A DNA stretch of 41,530 nt from a virus (lineage: Duplodnaviria > Caudoviricetes). Each line of letters begins with the position of its first letter. Position 1 is the stretch's first letter. Positions 8,690-16,764 of this stretch are shown here, in pieces. The notes beneath the pieces were generated by a model that had not been told where the DNA came from, did not search any database, and was given only the letters and a program-made list of their open reading frames with translations. The DNA lies in IMG/VR virus record IMGVR_UViG_3300037047_000316, positions 1-41,530 of that record; one strand, given 5' to 3'. Made by a program: the position numbers and the translations under genes.

Positions 8690-10677
8690 ACGCCTCTCCC
8701 TTCGTAGCGGTCCGATAGGTTACGCATCTGCAGGGCCAGCGCTATCGCCTCGGCCGACTCGTTGCCCAGGGCCGCCAGCAGCTGGCGGATCTGCTCCTCG
8801 CTGATGTTGCTGCCGCCCAGGTTGATAGTTACGCCGCCCAGGTTGACCACCACGCCGCCGCCGGCCGCCATGGAGTCGTCTCCGCCAGGCCGCGCCGCGG
8901 GCGCGAAGCCGGACCGGCTGCCGCTGCCCTTACCGGCCAGCACGCCGCGCGCGAAGTCCGCGGCCTTGGAGTCCGGCACCACGCTCTCCGGCTCGCCGCC
9001 TTCGCCTATCAGCGCGTAGGTGGGGTTGTAGACGCGGCCGCCCTCGGCGAACACCTTGACGCCGAACAGCGTGCCGGTGCCGCCGGTCAGGGCGCTGAGC
9101 ACGGCCGCCTTCACTATCATGGCCGTCAGCTGCGCTATCACCTGGCTGGCCAGGTTCTTGAAAAGGGATTCGAAGGTCTGCGAGAAATTCTTGCCCGAGA
9201 CCAGCATCTGGGCCGTGGCCTGGCCGAAAGCGTTGGCAAGGCCCTCGAAGGTCTGCTTGCCCACATCGGCAATGCGGGCGTTGGCGTCCATGTTGTACTT
9301 CGCCCAATCGTTGAGGCCCTGCTTCCAGTTGGTCAGCCCGGCCTGCTCTATCTGCTTTTTCTTAAGTGCCAGCGAGTCCTGGATGGCCGCTATCCGCTCG
9401 GCCGAGCGCACTTCTTCCTCGCCTACCTTGTTCTTGGTCTCCGTGACCACCGCTATCTCGGCCTCGGCGTAGCGCTGGAGGATGGCTATCTTCTCCTCGT
9501 TCATCAGCATCTTGTCGGCCAGCTCGATAGCCTCCTGCCGGCGTAGCTCCTCGAGGCGCTTGTTCATCTTCTCGAGCTCGGCCTGCGCTTCCTTCTCGGT
9601 CTCGGCCGCCCGGAACTCGGAGACCTCCACCAGGTTCTGCTTGGCGGCGGCCTTCTGGCCCGTCCAGATAGCCTTCAGCTTGGCGTCGCCCGAGGCCATT
9701 ATCTCGGCCTGCTTGGCGATGTCGTCCTTGAGCATCTGCAGCAGATCCTTGCCGAGCTGCACGGCCGAGTCCTTGGCGGCCCGCAGGCGGCCGGTGAACA
9801 GGTTGAAGACTATCTCTACCACGCCTTCCACCAGGCGGCGTATGCCGGCGGCCGCGGAGGCCACCTCCTGCATAACCTGGGCGAAGATCTGCCCCACGCC
9901 CACGGCTACCGACTTTAGGACTATCATCACCGGGCCGCCGACCACGTCCATGAAGCTCTGGAAGGCCGGCAGGACGTCGCTGAACATGGACTTGCCGGCG
10001 TCCTTGAGCTGCCGGCCCACGTCCGCGAACGAGAGCGCCGCGCTGGCCGCCTTGGTGGAGGCCCCGCCGTAGGTGGCCCCCAGCTTGTTCAGGGCTTCCT
10101 CGTTGCTGGTCACGCCCTCGAGCTGCGCGCCGAACTCCTGGCGCATCATCATCAGGCCGCGCTGCGCCCCGCCGGCGGCCCGGGAGAGCATGTCCAGCGT
10201 GCTCTCGAAGTTCTTGCCGGTGGCGATGGCTATGTCCTGCGAGAGCTGCACCAGCTTCATAGCCTGGTCGAGGTCCTTCACGCGCTGGATGGTGCGCCCC
10301 AGGGCGCCTATGGCTACGTCGTCCTCGATGTGCGCGGCCTGCTGCATGGCGGCCGCCCACAGGGCTATGCGCTCGCGGTTGGTTTCAAAGGAAAGGCCGA
10401 GGGCGTCCATCTGCGCTTTCAGTATGCGCAGCGCCTCCTGCTCGGCCGCGGCCTCCTGGATGGCCGTCTTGAGGAACGCCAGCACCGCCGTGGCCGAGGC
10501 CAGCTTGGTCATGGCCCCGGCCAGCCCGGCGAGCTGCTCGGAGGAGCCCAGCGACGACTGCCCGAGGCCCTCAATGGCTTTACCGGTATCGGTAACCTGC
10601 CCCTTGAGGACCTCGAGCTCTCCGGTCTGCTTGTTGACCCGGATGGTTATCGAAAGGTCTCCGAGATTCTCGGCCAT
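8686..10677 (-). CDS. Tail tape measure protein (663 aa)
   Basis: Ala-rich helical/coiled-coil sequence; N-terminal MAENLGDLSITI; C-terminal FAEGGRV...LIGEGGEPESVVP motif. Confidence 0.9.
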   Translation of the reverse strand: MAENLGDLSITIRVNKQTGELEVLKGQVTDTGKAIEGLGQSSLGSSEQLAGLAGAMTKLASATAVLAFLKTAIQEAAAEQEALRILKAQMDALGLSFETNRERIALWAAAMQQAAHIEDDVAIGALGRTIQRVKDLDQAMKLVQLSQDIAIATGKNFESTLDMLSRAAGGAQRGLMMMRQEFGAQLEGVTSNEEALNKLGATYGGASTKAASAALSFADVGRQLKDAGKSMFSDVLPAFQSFMDVVGGPVMIVLKSVAVGVGQIFAQVMQEVASAAAGIRRLVEGVVEIVFNLFTGRLRAAKDSAVQLGKDLLQMLKDDIAKQAEIMASGDAKLKAIWTGQKAAAKQNLVEVSEFRAAETEKEAQAELEKMNKRLEELRRQEAIELADKMLMNEEKIAILQRYAEAEIAVVTETKNKVGEEEVRSAERIAAIQDSLALKKKQIEQAGLTNWKQGLNDWAKYNMDANARIADVGKQTFEGLANAFGQATAQMLVSGKNFSQTFESLFKNLASQVIAQLTAMIVKAAVLSALTGGTGTLFGVKVFAEGGRVYNPTYALIGEGGEPESVVPDSKAADFARGVLAGKGSGSRSGFAPAARPGGDDSMAAGGGVVVNLGGVTINLGGSNISEEQIRQLLAALGNESAEAIALALQMRNLSDRYEGRGV

Positions 10678-10678
10678 G

Positions 10679-10921
10679 TTACTTAATCACCACCTTGATG
10701 TCGGCCGAGTCTATCACCTGCTTGGTGGCCTCCACGCACTGCGTGTGGCTGCCGCCGCGCCGCTTGAACGCCTTGTAGATGGCCACGATTATCAGGTCGT
10801 AAGCCACCGACTCGTCGTTGTGCTGCAGGCGGGCCAGCTCGTCAAGCTGGCCTTTCTCCGCCTTGGTCACCGCCGTGACTATCGCCTCGGCGGGTATGCC
10901 TTTACCTTTCTTGTCTGCCAT
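10679..10921 (-). CDS. Putative tail assembly chaperone (80 aa)
   Basis: Lies between tail tube and tape measure; GGAGG RBS. Confidence 0.5.
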   Translation of the reverse strand: MADKKGKGIPAEAIVTAVTKAEKGQLDELARLQHNDESVAYDLIIVAIYKAFKRRGGSHTQCVEATKQVIDSADIKVVIK

Positions 10922-10936
10922 TTAGCCCTCCTGGTC

Positions 10937-12241
10937 TCAGTACGACGCGACCTTGTTGGTGAGGTCCACCTGCACCAGCTTGCCGTCGGTCACGCTGTAA
11001 ACCGCTTCGAACGTGGCCTGGGCCCCGAGCAGGCCGTCCAGGTCGCCGTAGGGGAACGCCTTGTAGGCGATCTTGTAGAGGTTGATGTCCACGGCCTCCT
11101 TGGTGGTGCCGGCCAGCGTGTCGCCCTGAATCAGGAACTGCAGGTAGTTCGTGGTGTTGGCGATGAACTTGGCACGCTCGGTCTCGTCTTCGAAGTAGAC
11201 GGTCAGCGAGCCCTCTATCTTCATGCGCGCCGGCGCCAGCACGTCCACGGCCACCTGGCTGCCGGGGTTGCGCTTGGCGAACAGGCCGGAGTCCAGGGAC
11301 AGGGACCACTCCTTCACGTTGGTCATGGCCGCGCCGCCCAGCTTCACGGCCACGTGCTGGAAGGTCAGCGGGGTGGCTTCGTCGGTGTAGACCGGGCTGC
11401 CGATGTCGCCGGTGGCCTCGTCCAGGCCGAGCAGCTCGGTGTCGTGCTGCACGAAGCCGTCCGCGTTGCCCTTGATCATCATCTTCTTGACGGCCACGCC
11501 GTTGTACTTCTTCACGCCAAGGGAGCGGTCGATGAAGAACGTGTACGTGGGCGGCTGAACGCCGGAGGGCAGCAGGTAGGTGTGCTTGTGCACCCGGTTG
11601 GCCACCGCCACGTCCGAGGTGGCCGCGATCGCGGAGGCCGTGTCGGCGTCGTTGAAGCCCAGCAGGGCGCGCGCCGAGGTGGCTTTGTTGGTGCCGGTGT
11701 TCCACTGCAGCACGAACACGCCGGCGCTCTTGGTGATGGTGAATTTGCGCGTGGCGGTGTCGTAGGCCACCGTGTAGGTGTCGGCGCCGTTGGCGGCTTC
11801 CAGCTGGTCCTTCACCAGCTTGCAGAAGGTGCCGGCGGTCGCGCTCGAGGCGCCTACCGGGTACGAGCCGGCCGTCAGGGTGGCGGCTACGGCGGCCCCG
11901 CCGTCCTCGGCCAGGTCTATCTTGTCGTTGACGCCGGCTTCCACCGTGACCACGCTCTGCTCGGCCGAGGAAGGGTTGCCGAGCAGCATCTGCAGGAACT
12001 CACCGAAGTTGCTGGTGCGCACGGGCGCGGTGACCTTGCCGTCCGTGACCTTCACGCCGGAGTGCGAGGGGTAGGCGGCCTTAATGCCGCGCAGGCCCTT
12101 GTCTTCCAGCAGTTCCAGGCGGTGCGAGATCTCCGAGCCGGGATCGACCGACAGCCACTTAGTGGCGGTCGTCTCGGCGGTCAGGCGGGTGCCCTCTTTC
12201 TTGAGTCCCCACCGTTTTGCTTCAAGGCTGAATGGTGACAT
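10937..12241 (-). CDS. Major tail tube protein with an inserted decoration domain
   Basis: Position; N-terminal RWGLKKEGT, HKHTY and YTFFIDR motifs; C-terminal VQVDLTNKVASY typical of siphophage tube proteins. Confidence 0.8.
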   Translation of the reverse strand: MSPFSLEAKRWGLKKEGTRLTAETTATKWLSVDPGSEISHRLELLEDKGLRGIKAAYPSHSGVKVTDGKVTAPVRTSNFGEFLQMLLGNPSSAEQSVVTVEAGVNDKIDLAEDGGAAVAATLTAGSYPVGASSATAGTFCKLVKDQLEAANGADTYTVAYDTATRKFTITKSAGVFVLQWNTGTNKATSARALLGFNDADTASAIAATSDVAVANRVHKHTYLLPSGVQPPTYTFFIDRSLGVKKYNGVAVKKMMIKGNADGFVQHDTELLGLDEATGDIGSPVYTDEATPLTFQHVAVKLGGAAMTNVKEWSLSLDSGLFAKRNPGSQVAVDVLAPARMKIEGSLTVYFEDETERAKFIANTTNYLQFLIQGDTLAGTTKEAVDINLYKIAYKAFPYGDLDGLLGAQATFEAVYSVTDGKLVQVDLTNKVASY

Positions 12242-12253
12242 GGTTCTTTCTCC

Positions 12254-12742
12254 TTATCTGGCTGAAGCCCCGTCGGTGAGGACGGTAGCCCGCATTGTAA
12301 TTTCCGCAGTTCTGAAGGGAAACAGCTCCGCTTCAAATTTGGTCTCCGGGAACGAGAAGTAGTTGCAGCGCTTGCCGGTGCCGTCGTAGTTCAGGTCCGG
12401 GTACACTTCCAGGGCGTTCTTGATGTCGTTGACGAAATCCAGTATGCCCTTGTTGCTGGTGTCGCCCACTATCTGCTTGTCGAAGTCGGAGCACTCCATG
12501 AAGCAGACGATGCGCAGGCTGAAGCGCAGCAGGCGGCGCCGCGTGGTGGTGCCTTCGTCCTCGGTGGTCACGCCCGGCTCCAGGAGCGTGAGGGGGAAGG
12601 CGTTCTCGGGCACGCCGCCGCGCACGCCATCGAGCACGGCCTTCATGTAGCCCTGGCCGCCGGCATGGGTGTGGTAGATGGAGGCCGCTTTCAGGATCTC
12701 GCGGACAGCCACGAAGATTTTATTTTCCACCGTACTTGCCAT
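12254..12742 (-). CDS. Putative tail terminator/completion protein
   Basis: Directly upstream of the tail tube; size and the FPLTLLEP motif fit. Confidence 0.55.
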   Translation of the reverse strand: MASTVENKIFVAVREILKAASIYHTHAGGQGYMKAVLDGVRGGVPENAFPLTLLEPGVTTEDEGTTTRRRLLRFSLRIVCFMECSDFDKQIVGDTSNKGILDFVNDIKNALEVYPDLNYDGTGKRCNYFSFPETKFEAELFPFRTAEITMRATVLTDGASAR

Positions 12743-13295
12743 CGGCCGCCCCCTTTAGCCAGTCCATGAAGATCTGGCGGATAACTGTCTTGTCTGCTTC
12801 CTGAACCATCATGAACGGCCGCGCCGGTATGCGCTTGCCGCCCTTGAGGTGCATCACGTAGGAGCGCACGCGGGACTCGCCGGTGCGGGCGTTCCGGATG
12901 AAGGTGTCTATGACTACCTCGGAGGCCGTGGTAACGCCGCCCTCGTGCATCTTGCGGGCGTAGCTGACGTTGGTCTTGGCGCCGAAGGTGCCGCCCTGGG
13001 CGTCCACCGCGGCATGGGGCACTACGGAGCCCTCCAGGCGGCCGGTATCGCGCAGCGGCACCGGGTTCAGGTTCTGCTTGCCGCGCCGGTGCGCCCGGAT
13101 GAACCTGGTCAGGGGGGAGAGCTCCTCCCACTTCTGCGGGCGGCCGCCGGCCACGAAGTTGCGCTGCACGGAGGCCGTAACCACGGTGGCCGCCTGCTTG
13201 TAAGGCAGGATGGCGCCTAGATAAGCCTTCAGCGCATCCACGTTGCCGAGGGTGCGCTGCAGGCCGTCTATCCGGGTTACGATCGCTACGCTCAT
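12720..13295 (-). CDS. Virion morphogenesis protein (Mu gpG / Phage_tail_S-like)
   Basis: RNFVAGGRPQKWEELSP, LRDTGRLEGS, TNVSYARKMHEGG and IPARPFM motifs. Confidence 0.85.
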   Translation of the reverse strand: MSVAIVTRIDGLQRTLGNVDALKAYLGAILPYKQAATVVTASVQRNFVAGGRPQKWEELSPLTRFIRAHRRGKQNLNPVPLRDTGRLEGSVVPHAAVDAQGGTFGAKTNVSYARKMHEGGVTTASEVVIDTFIRNARTGESRVRSYVMHLKGGKRIPARPFMMVQEADKTVIRQIFMDWLKGAADGKYGGK

Positions 13296-13304
13296 GCCGG
13301 CTCC

Positions 13305-14036
13305 TTAAGGCTTGGTGTGGACCACGGCCTTGATGTTCAGGGCCCCGGCCGTGGGCGCGGTCACGTCCATGCGCAGGTAGCGGTAGTTGAACTCGCCCAG
13401 GTCGCGCCCGAACGTGAGGCCGCCGGCCACGTAGTGCCCCGTGGTCGCGCTGGAAACGGCCAGGTCCACGAAGGCCGAGTTGTCGTTGCTGGCCTTGAAG
13501 GCGAAGACCGGGCTGCCGGCGATCGCCAGCGGGGCCAGGGTGTAGGTCTGGGTGCCGGTGTTGGTGGAGGAAACCAGCACTATCGGGTCGCCGGCCACGG
13601 CCTGCGCGGACGTGGTGGCCAGCTGCACTATGTTGGCGCTGGCCGGGATGGCGTAGTAGGTGGTCTCGGCCGTCAGGGGGCCGGGCACGGTGCCCGCGGT
13701 GGCCTTCAGAAGCACCGGCAGGCCCAGGGGGAAGCCGTGCGCCGCGGCCGTAATGTTGGCCGAGCCCATGGCTATCGCGTTGGTGGAGAAGGCCACGGAG
13801 CTGTAGCTGCCGGAGCTGTAGGTCACCGTCAGCGCGGCGCGGGTGGCCTTGTAGTAGTCCAGGTCGAGCAGGTAGGTCTGGTTATACGCCAGGCCGGTGT
13901 TGAGCGCCAGGTTGCCGGCATAGGCATAGCCCATGCTGGTCTTGCTGAGGTCGCCCGTGGCGTCCTCGCCGGCGCGCGAAACCCCGGCCATGAAGCCCAG
14001 GGTCAGAACTGCCGCTAACAAAATGAATTTCTTCAT
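13305..14036 (-). CDS. Structural-type protein with Sec signal peptide, in the neck region
   Basis: MKKFILLAAVLTLGFMAGVSRA|G; AHGFPLGLPV...PGPLTAETTYYAI...VQLATT module common in phage structural proteins; ATGA overlap with the adaptor gene. Confidence 0.7.
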   Translation of the reverse strand: MKKFILLAAVLTLGFMAGVSRAGEDATGDLSKTSMGYAYAGNLALNTGLAYNQTYLLDLDYYKATRAALTVTYSSGSYSSVAFSTNAIAMGSANITAAAHGFPLGLPVLLKATAGTVPGPLTAETTYYAIPASANIVQLATTSAQAVAGDPIVLVSSTNTGTQTYTLAPLAIAGSPVFAFKASNDNSAFVDLAVSSATTGHYVAGGLTFGRDLGEFNYRYLRMDVTAPTAGALNIKAVVHTKP

Positions 14037-14509
14037 GAGGGGTCTCCTGTTACCGAATCGTCGATGTAGGAGTCGTCTATCTCCGTGCCGAGGTTCTCGG
14101 GGGCGGCCATCGTCAGCGCCCGCTTAACCGAGGACGTGCTTATCTGCACGCCGCCGGAGGACTTCGCTACGTTGGGGATGACAAGGGTGCCCGCGACGAG
14201 CTTGTTGATAAGCTCGTCGAAGGCGTCCTTGTAGGGCTTCCAGCCGTCCGCACCTCCCTGGGAAGGGGCCGAGTTCTTGTAAATGTCGCGGATAACAGCG
14301 TACCTGGTGTACAGGATAGAGAGCTGCTTCACTAACGCCGGCGTAGCTGTGAACGGTACCGTGTACCCGACCGCGGCTAAAGCCGCGTCAATCACTGCAT
14401 CAGCTTCCGCGATGCGTGTGTTTATGTCGGCAGGGTCCGTCCAGCTCGCCTGAGTTATGACTTTTACAAGCGCCTGGTCCTTTGCCTCAGTGGAGGTGCA
14501 GTAGGCCAT
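14033..14509 (-). CDS. Head-tail adaptor (Mu gp36/DUF1320-like)
   Basis: MAYCT start and IAEADAVIDAAL...YTVPF...PALVKQLS. Confidence 0.8.
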   Translation of the reverse strand: MAYCTSTEAKDQALVKVITQASWTDPADINTRIAEADAVIDAALAAVGYTVPFTATPALVKQLSILYTRYAVIRDIYKNSAPSQGGADGWKPYKDAFDELINKLVAGTLVIPNVAKSSGGVQISTSSVKRALTMAAPENLGTEIDDSYIDDSVTGDPS

Positions 14510-14512
14510 GGT

Positions 14513-14884
14513 TTAGTTCGCCCTCTTCTGCCAGACGGAGCAGGTCACCCTGCCGTCGGCGTCTTCCACTTTGGCCTTCACGATGAAGTTGCCGGACACC
14601 ACCCACTGCTCCTTGAGGAGCTCAGCGAAGTTGAGGGTGAACGACGTGCCAGTGGCGACGGAGATGCTGAACTTCAGCGTCGTGCCGTCGTAGAAGTGGA
14701 ACGTATTGGCGGCCGCGTAGGTGTTAACCACGCAGGCCTCCACGATCGTCCCGTTGCTCTGCGAAGCCTTCAGGGTTGCGCCAGAGAGGCTCGTGGTCGA
14801 GGTGACGAGCTCGGCTTTCGCCGAGCCCGCCCCGACCATCATGAAGGCGGCCACGAGGGCCGCGCCGAGGAGTATTTTCTTCAT
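14513..14884 (-). CDS. 123-aa beta-rich protein with Sec signal peptide, immediately after the MCP (possible head decoration)
   Basis: True start MKKILLGAALVAAFMMVGAGSAKA|E behind an AAGGAG RBS, inside track ORF 14513..15589; two Cys in the mature part. Confidence 0.7.
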   Translation of the reverse strand: MKKILLGAALVAAFMMVGAGSAKAELVTSTTSLSGATLKASQSNGTIVEACVVNTYAAANTFHFYDGTTLKFSISVATGTSFTLNFAELLKEQWVVSGNFIVKAKVEDADGRVTCSVWQKRAN

Positions 14885-14898
14885 CTGGTCAGTCTCCT

Positions 14899-15825
14899 TT
14901 AGGCGACCACAGCGCTCAGCAGGGCACCGGCCCCGGAGGCTATGATCTTTTCGTCGGTCTTGTCGGCCACCTTGAGGATGTCCGACTTGATGGCCTGCTC
15001 GCGCCATTTCTCGACCTGGCGGTAGCCCTGGCGGCGGAACACCTGGCCGAAGGTGATGGTCTTCAGGCCCGGGTTGCCCTTGTACGCCAGCACCACGTTC
15101 TTGCCCCAGACGTAGGAGCTGACCTCGGTGGCCGCGCCCTCGACCGAGGTGATCTGGCGGGCGCCGCCGACGAGCACTTCCTGCACGTCGAACAGCATGG
15201 CCAGCAGGGCCGGGGTCACGATGCGGGTGTTGGAGTCGGACAGCCTCGCCAGGATGGCGGGGTGGTTGCGCAGCACGTCGTACACCTGCTTGCCCAGGAG
15301 GATGACGTTGGCCGGCTTCATGATCTTGCCGTGGATCAGCGAGTTCATGGCGCGGACGTCCTCGATGGGGTCGGAGGCGGAGAAGTCGTCCCACTTCTTG
15401 GCGGCCGCGTTGGCGTGGCCGCTGGCGAACGAGCCCGAGGTGGTGGCCAGCGTGGCGATGCGGACCTCGTGGTCCAGCATCAGCGTGTCGCTGAGCATCT
15501 CGGCCGCGTCCGACTCGGGCTTCAGCGGGGCGTCGGCCTCGTTGCGGACCTCGTCCGGGATCGGGTGCTCGAGGGCGTACTCCTCGCACTTGAAGGAGTC
15601 CGAGCTCACGGACCAGTCCATGCTGGCCGCCCGGGTGCCGGGGGCCCGCTTGGTGCGGTACGTGCGCATGTTTTCCTTGCCGTAGATGAAGTACTTGTTG
15701 GAGTCCTTGTCTACGACCAGGGGCGGGAAGAGCCTCTCGCCGACCAGTTCCGCGTTCTGGTACTTGATGGAGAGGTTGGAAAGCGCGACGTCTATGTGGA
15801 CGTCGCTCGGTAAAGGTTTACCCAT
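14899..15825 (-). CDS. Major capsid protein (HK97 fold)
   Basis: DVHIDVALSNLSIKYQN, SDPIEDV and PANVILLG motifs; AAGGAGG RBS; position after the decoration gene. Confidence 0.9.
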   Translation of the reverse strand: MGKPLPSDVHIDVALSNLSIKYQNAELVGERLFPPLVVDKDSNKYFIYGKENMRTYRTKRAPGTRAASMDWSVSSDSFKCEEYALEHPIPDEVRNEADAPLKPESDAAEMLSDTLMLDHEVRIATLATTSGSFASGHANAAAKKWDDFSASDPIEDVRAMNSLIHGKIMKPANVILLGKQVYDVLRNHPAILARLSDSNTRIVTPALLAMLFDVQEVLVGGARQITSVEGAATEVSSYVWGKNVVLAYKGNPGLKTITFGQVFRRQGYRQVEKWREQAIKSDILKVADKTDEKIIASGAGALLSAVVA

Positions 15826-15846
15826 GTTAGTCTATCCTCCTTGTAG

Positions 15847-16239
15847 TTAAGCGACGTAGTCGTCGAGCAGAATCATCTCGAAGATCTCGCCGTCGGCGGA
15901 CGCGCCGGTGACGGCGACCCCGCATATGTGCTGCGCAGCGCCGGTGGCCGTGATGGCCTTGCCGTTGGCGTCGCTCTGGATCAGGTCACCGGCGGCGATT
16001 TCCTCGCCCGCCACGACCTTGCTGGAGACGCCCCTCGCGGTGCGGACCTGGGCGGCATAGCCCGAGGTAGGAGCGTTCTGGAGAACGCCCAGCACCTTCG
16101 CGTTGGCACCGGCGAGAACGACGTCGCCCTCATCGGTGTCCATCTTCACGAGGTAGTACTGCTTGGCGGAGAGGTCCGCCCCGGCCTGCATCGCCATGTC
16201 GGCGATGTTGAGTGCGTTAGAGCCTGCGGTCTTGGACAT
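15847..16239 (-). CDS. Capsid cement/decoration protein (DUF2190-like)
   Basis: AGADLSAKQYYLVK, VLGVLQNAP and AGEEIAAGDLIQSDANGKAI motifs. Confidence 0.8.
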   Translation of the reverse strand: MSKTAGSNALNIADMAMQAGADLSAKQYYLVKMDTDEGDVVLAGANAKVLGVLQNAPTSGYAAQVRTARGVSSKVVAGEEIAAGDLIQSDANGKAITATGAAQHICGVAVTGASADGEIFEMILLDDYVA

Positions 16240-16242
16240 TGT

Positions 16243-16764
16243 TTAGTCCTCCTTCTTTTCGGTCTGGGAAAGCTTCAGAAGCGCTTCGCGGTAGGAGCAC
16301 TTGTGCTCCTCGGCGTACTTCTCTGCTTTCACGGCCAGGTCGGCGTTGCGCACGTCGTCCTTGCCTTTGCCCGAGTTCTTGAACGTCTCCTCGAGCTTGA
16401 CGGTCGCGTCGGTGGACGCTTCGCCTTTTTCTTTGCCCTCAGGGGTTTCCCCGGTGGGCACGGCCTTGGCCTTGAGTATCTCCTCGGTGAGGGAGAGGAA
16501 GGCTTCGAGGGGCTGCACCTCTTTGTCGTCGAACTTCACGACGGCGCTCTGCGCGAGCGCCAGGGTCTTGAACTTCGGCTGCAGAGCCGGGATCAGGACC
16601 GCTTTGTGGGTGTCGCAGAAGGCCGCGATGCGGTCTTCCTTGCCCTTGAGCTCCAGGGCCTCGAGTTTCTTCTTCTGCTCCTCGCCGAATTTCAAGGCTT
16701 CGGCGGCTTTCTGGTCGCTGGCGGCCTTGTCGGCCTTGAGCGCCTCTATTTCCTGTTCGGTCAT
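16243..16764 (-). CDS. Nested in-frame scaffold protein (internal start MTEQEIEAL)
   Basis: AAGGAGG-tcaca-ATG at 16776-16762, in frame with the protease, analogous to Mu gpZ inside gpI. Confidence 0.7.
   Translation of the reverse strand: MTEQEIEALKADKAASDQKAAEALKFGEEQKKKLEALELKGKEDRIAAFCDTHKAVLIPALQPKFKTLALAQSAVVKFDDKEVQPLEAFLSLTEEILKAKAVPTGETPEGKEKGEASTDATVKLEETFKNSGKGKDDVRNADLAVKAEKYAEEHKCSYREALLKLSQTEKKED

Noticed and set aside
10937-12241. Contractile tail sheath, tailocin or eCIS
   Set aside because: No sheath or baseplate wedge (J/gp25) genes; a full head and packaging module is present.
14513-15589. 358-aa ORF overlapping the MCP
   Set aside because: The upstream part is an Arg/Gly-rich off-frame read of the MCP; the real gene starts at 14884 behind AAGGAG.
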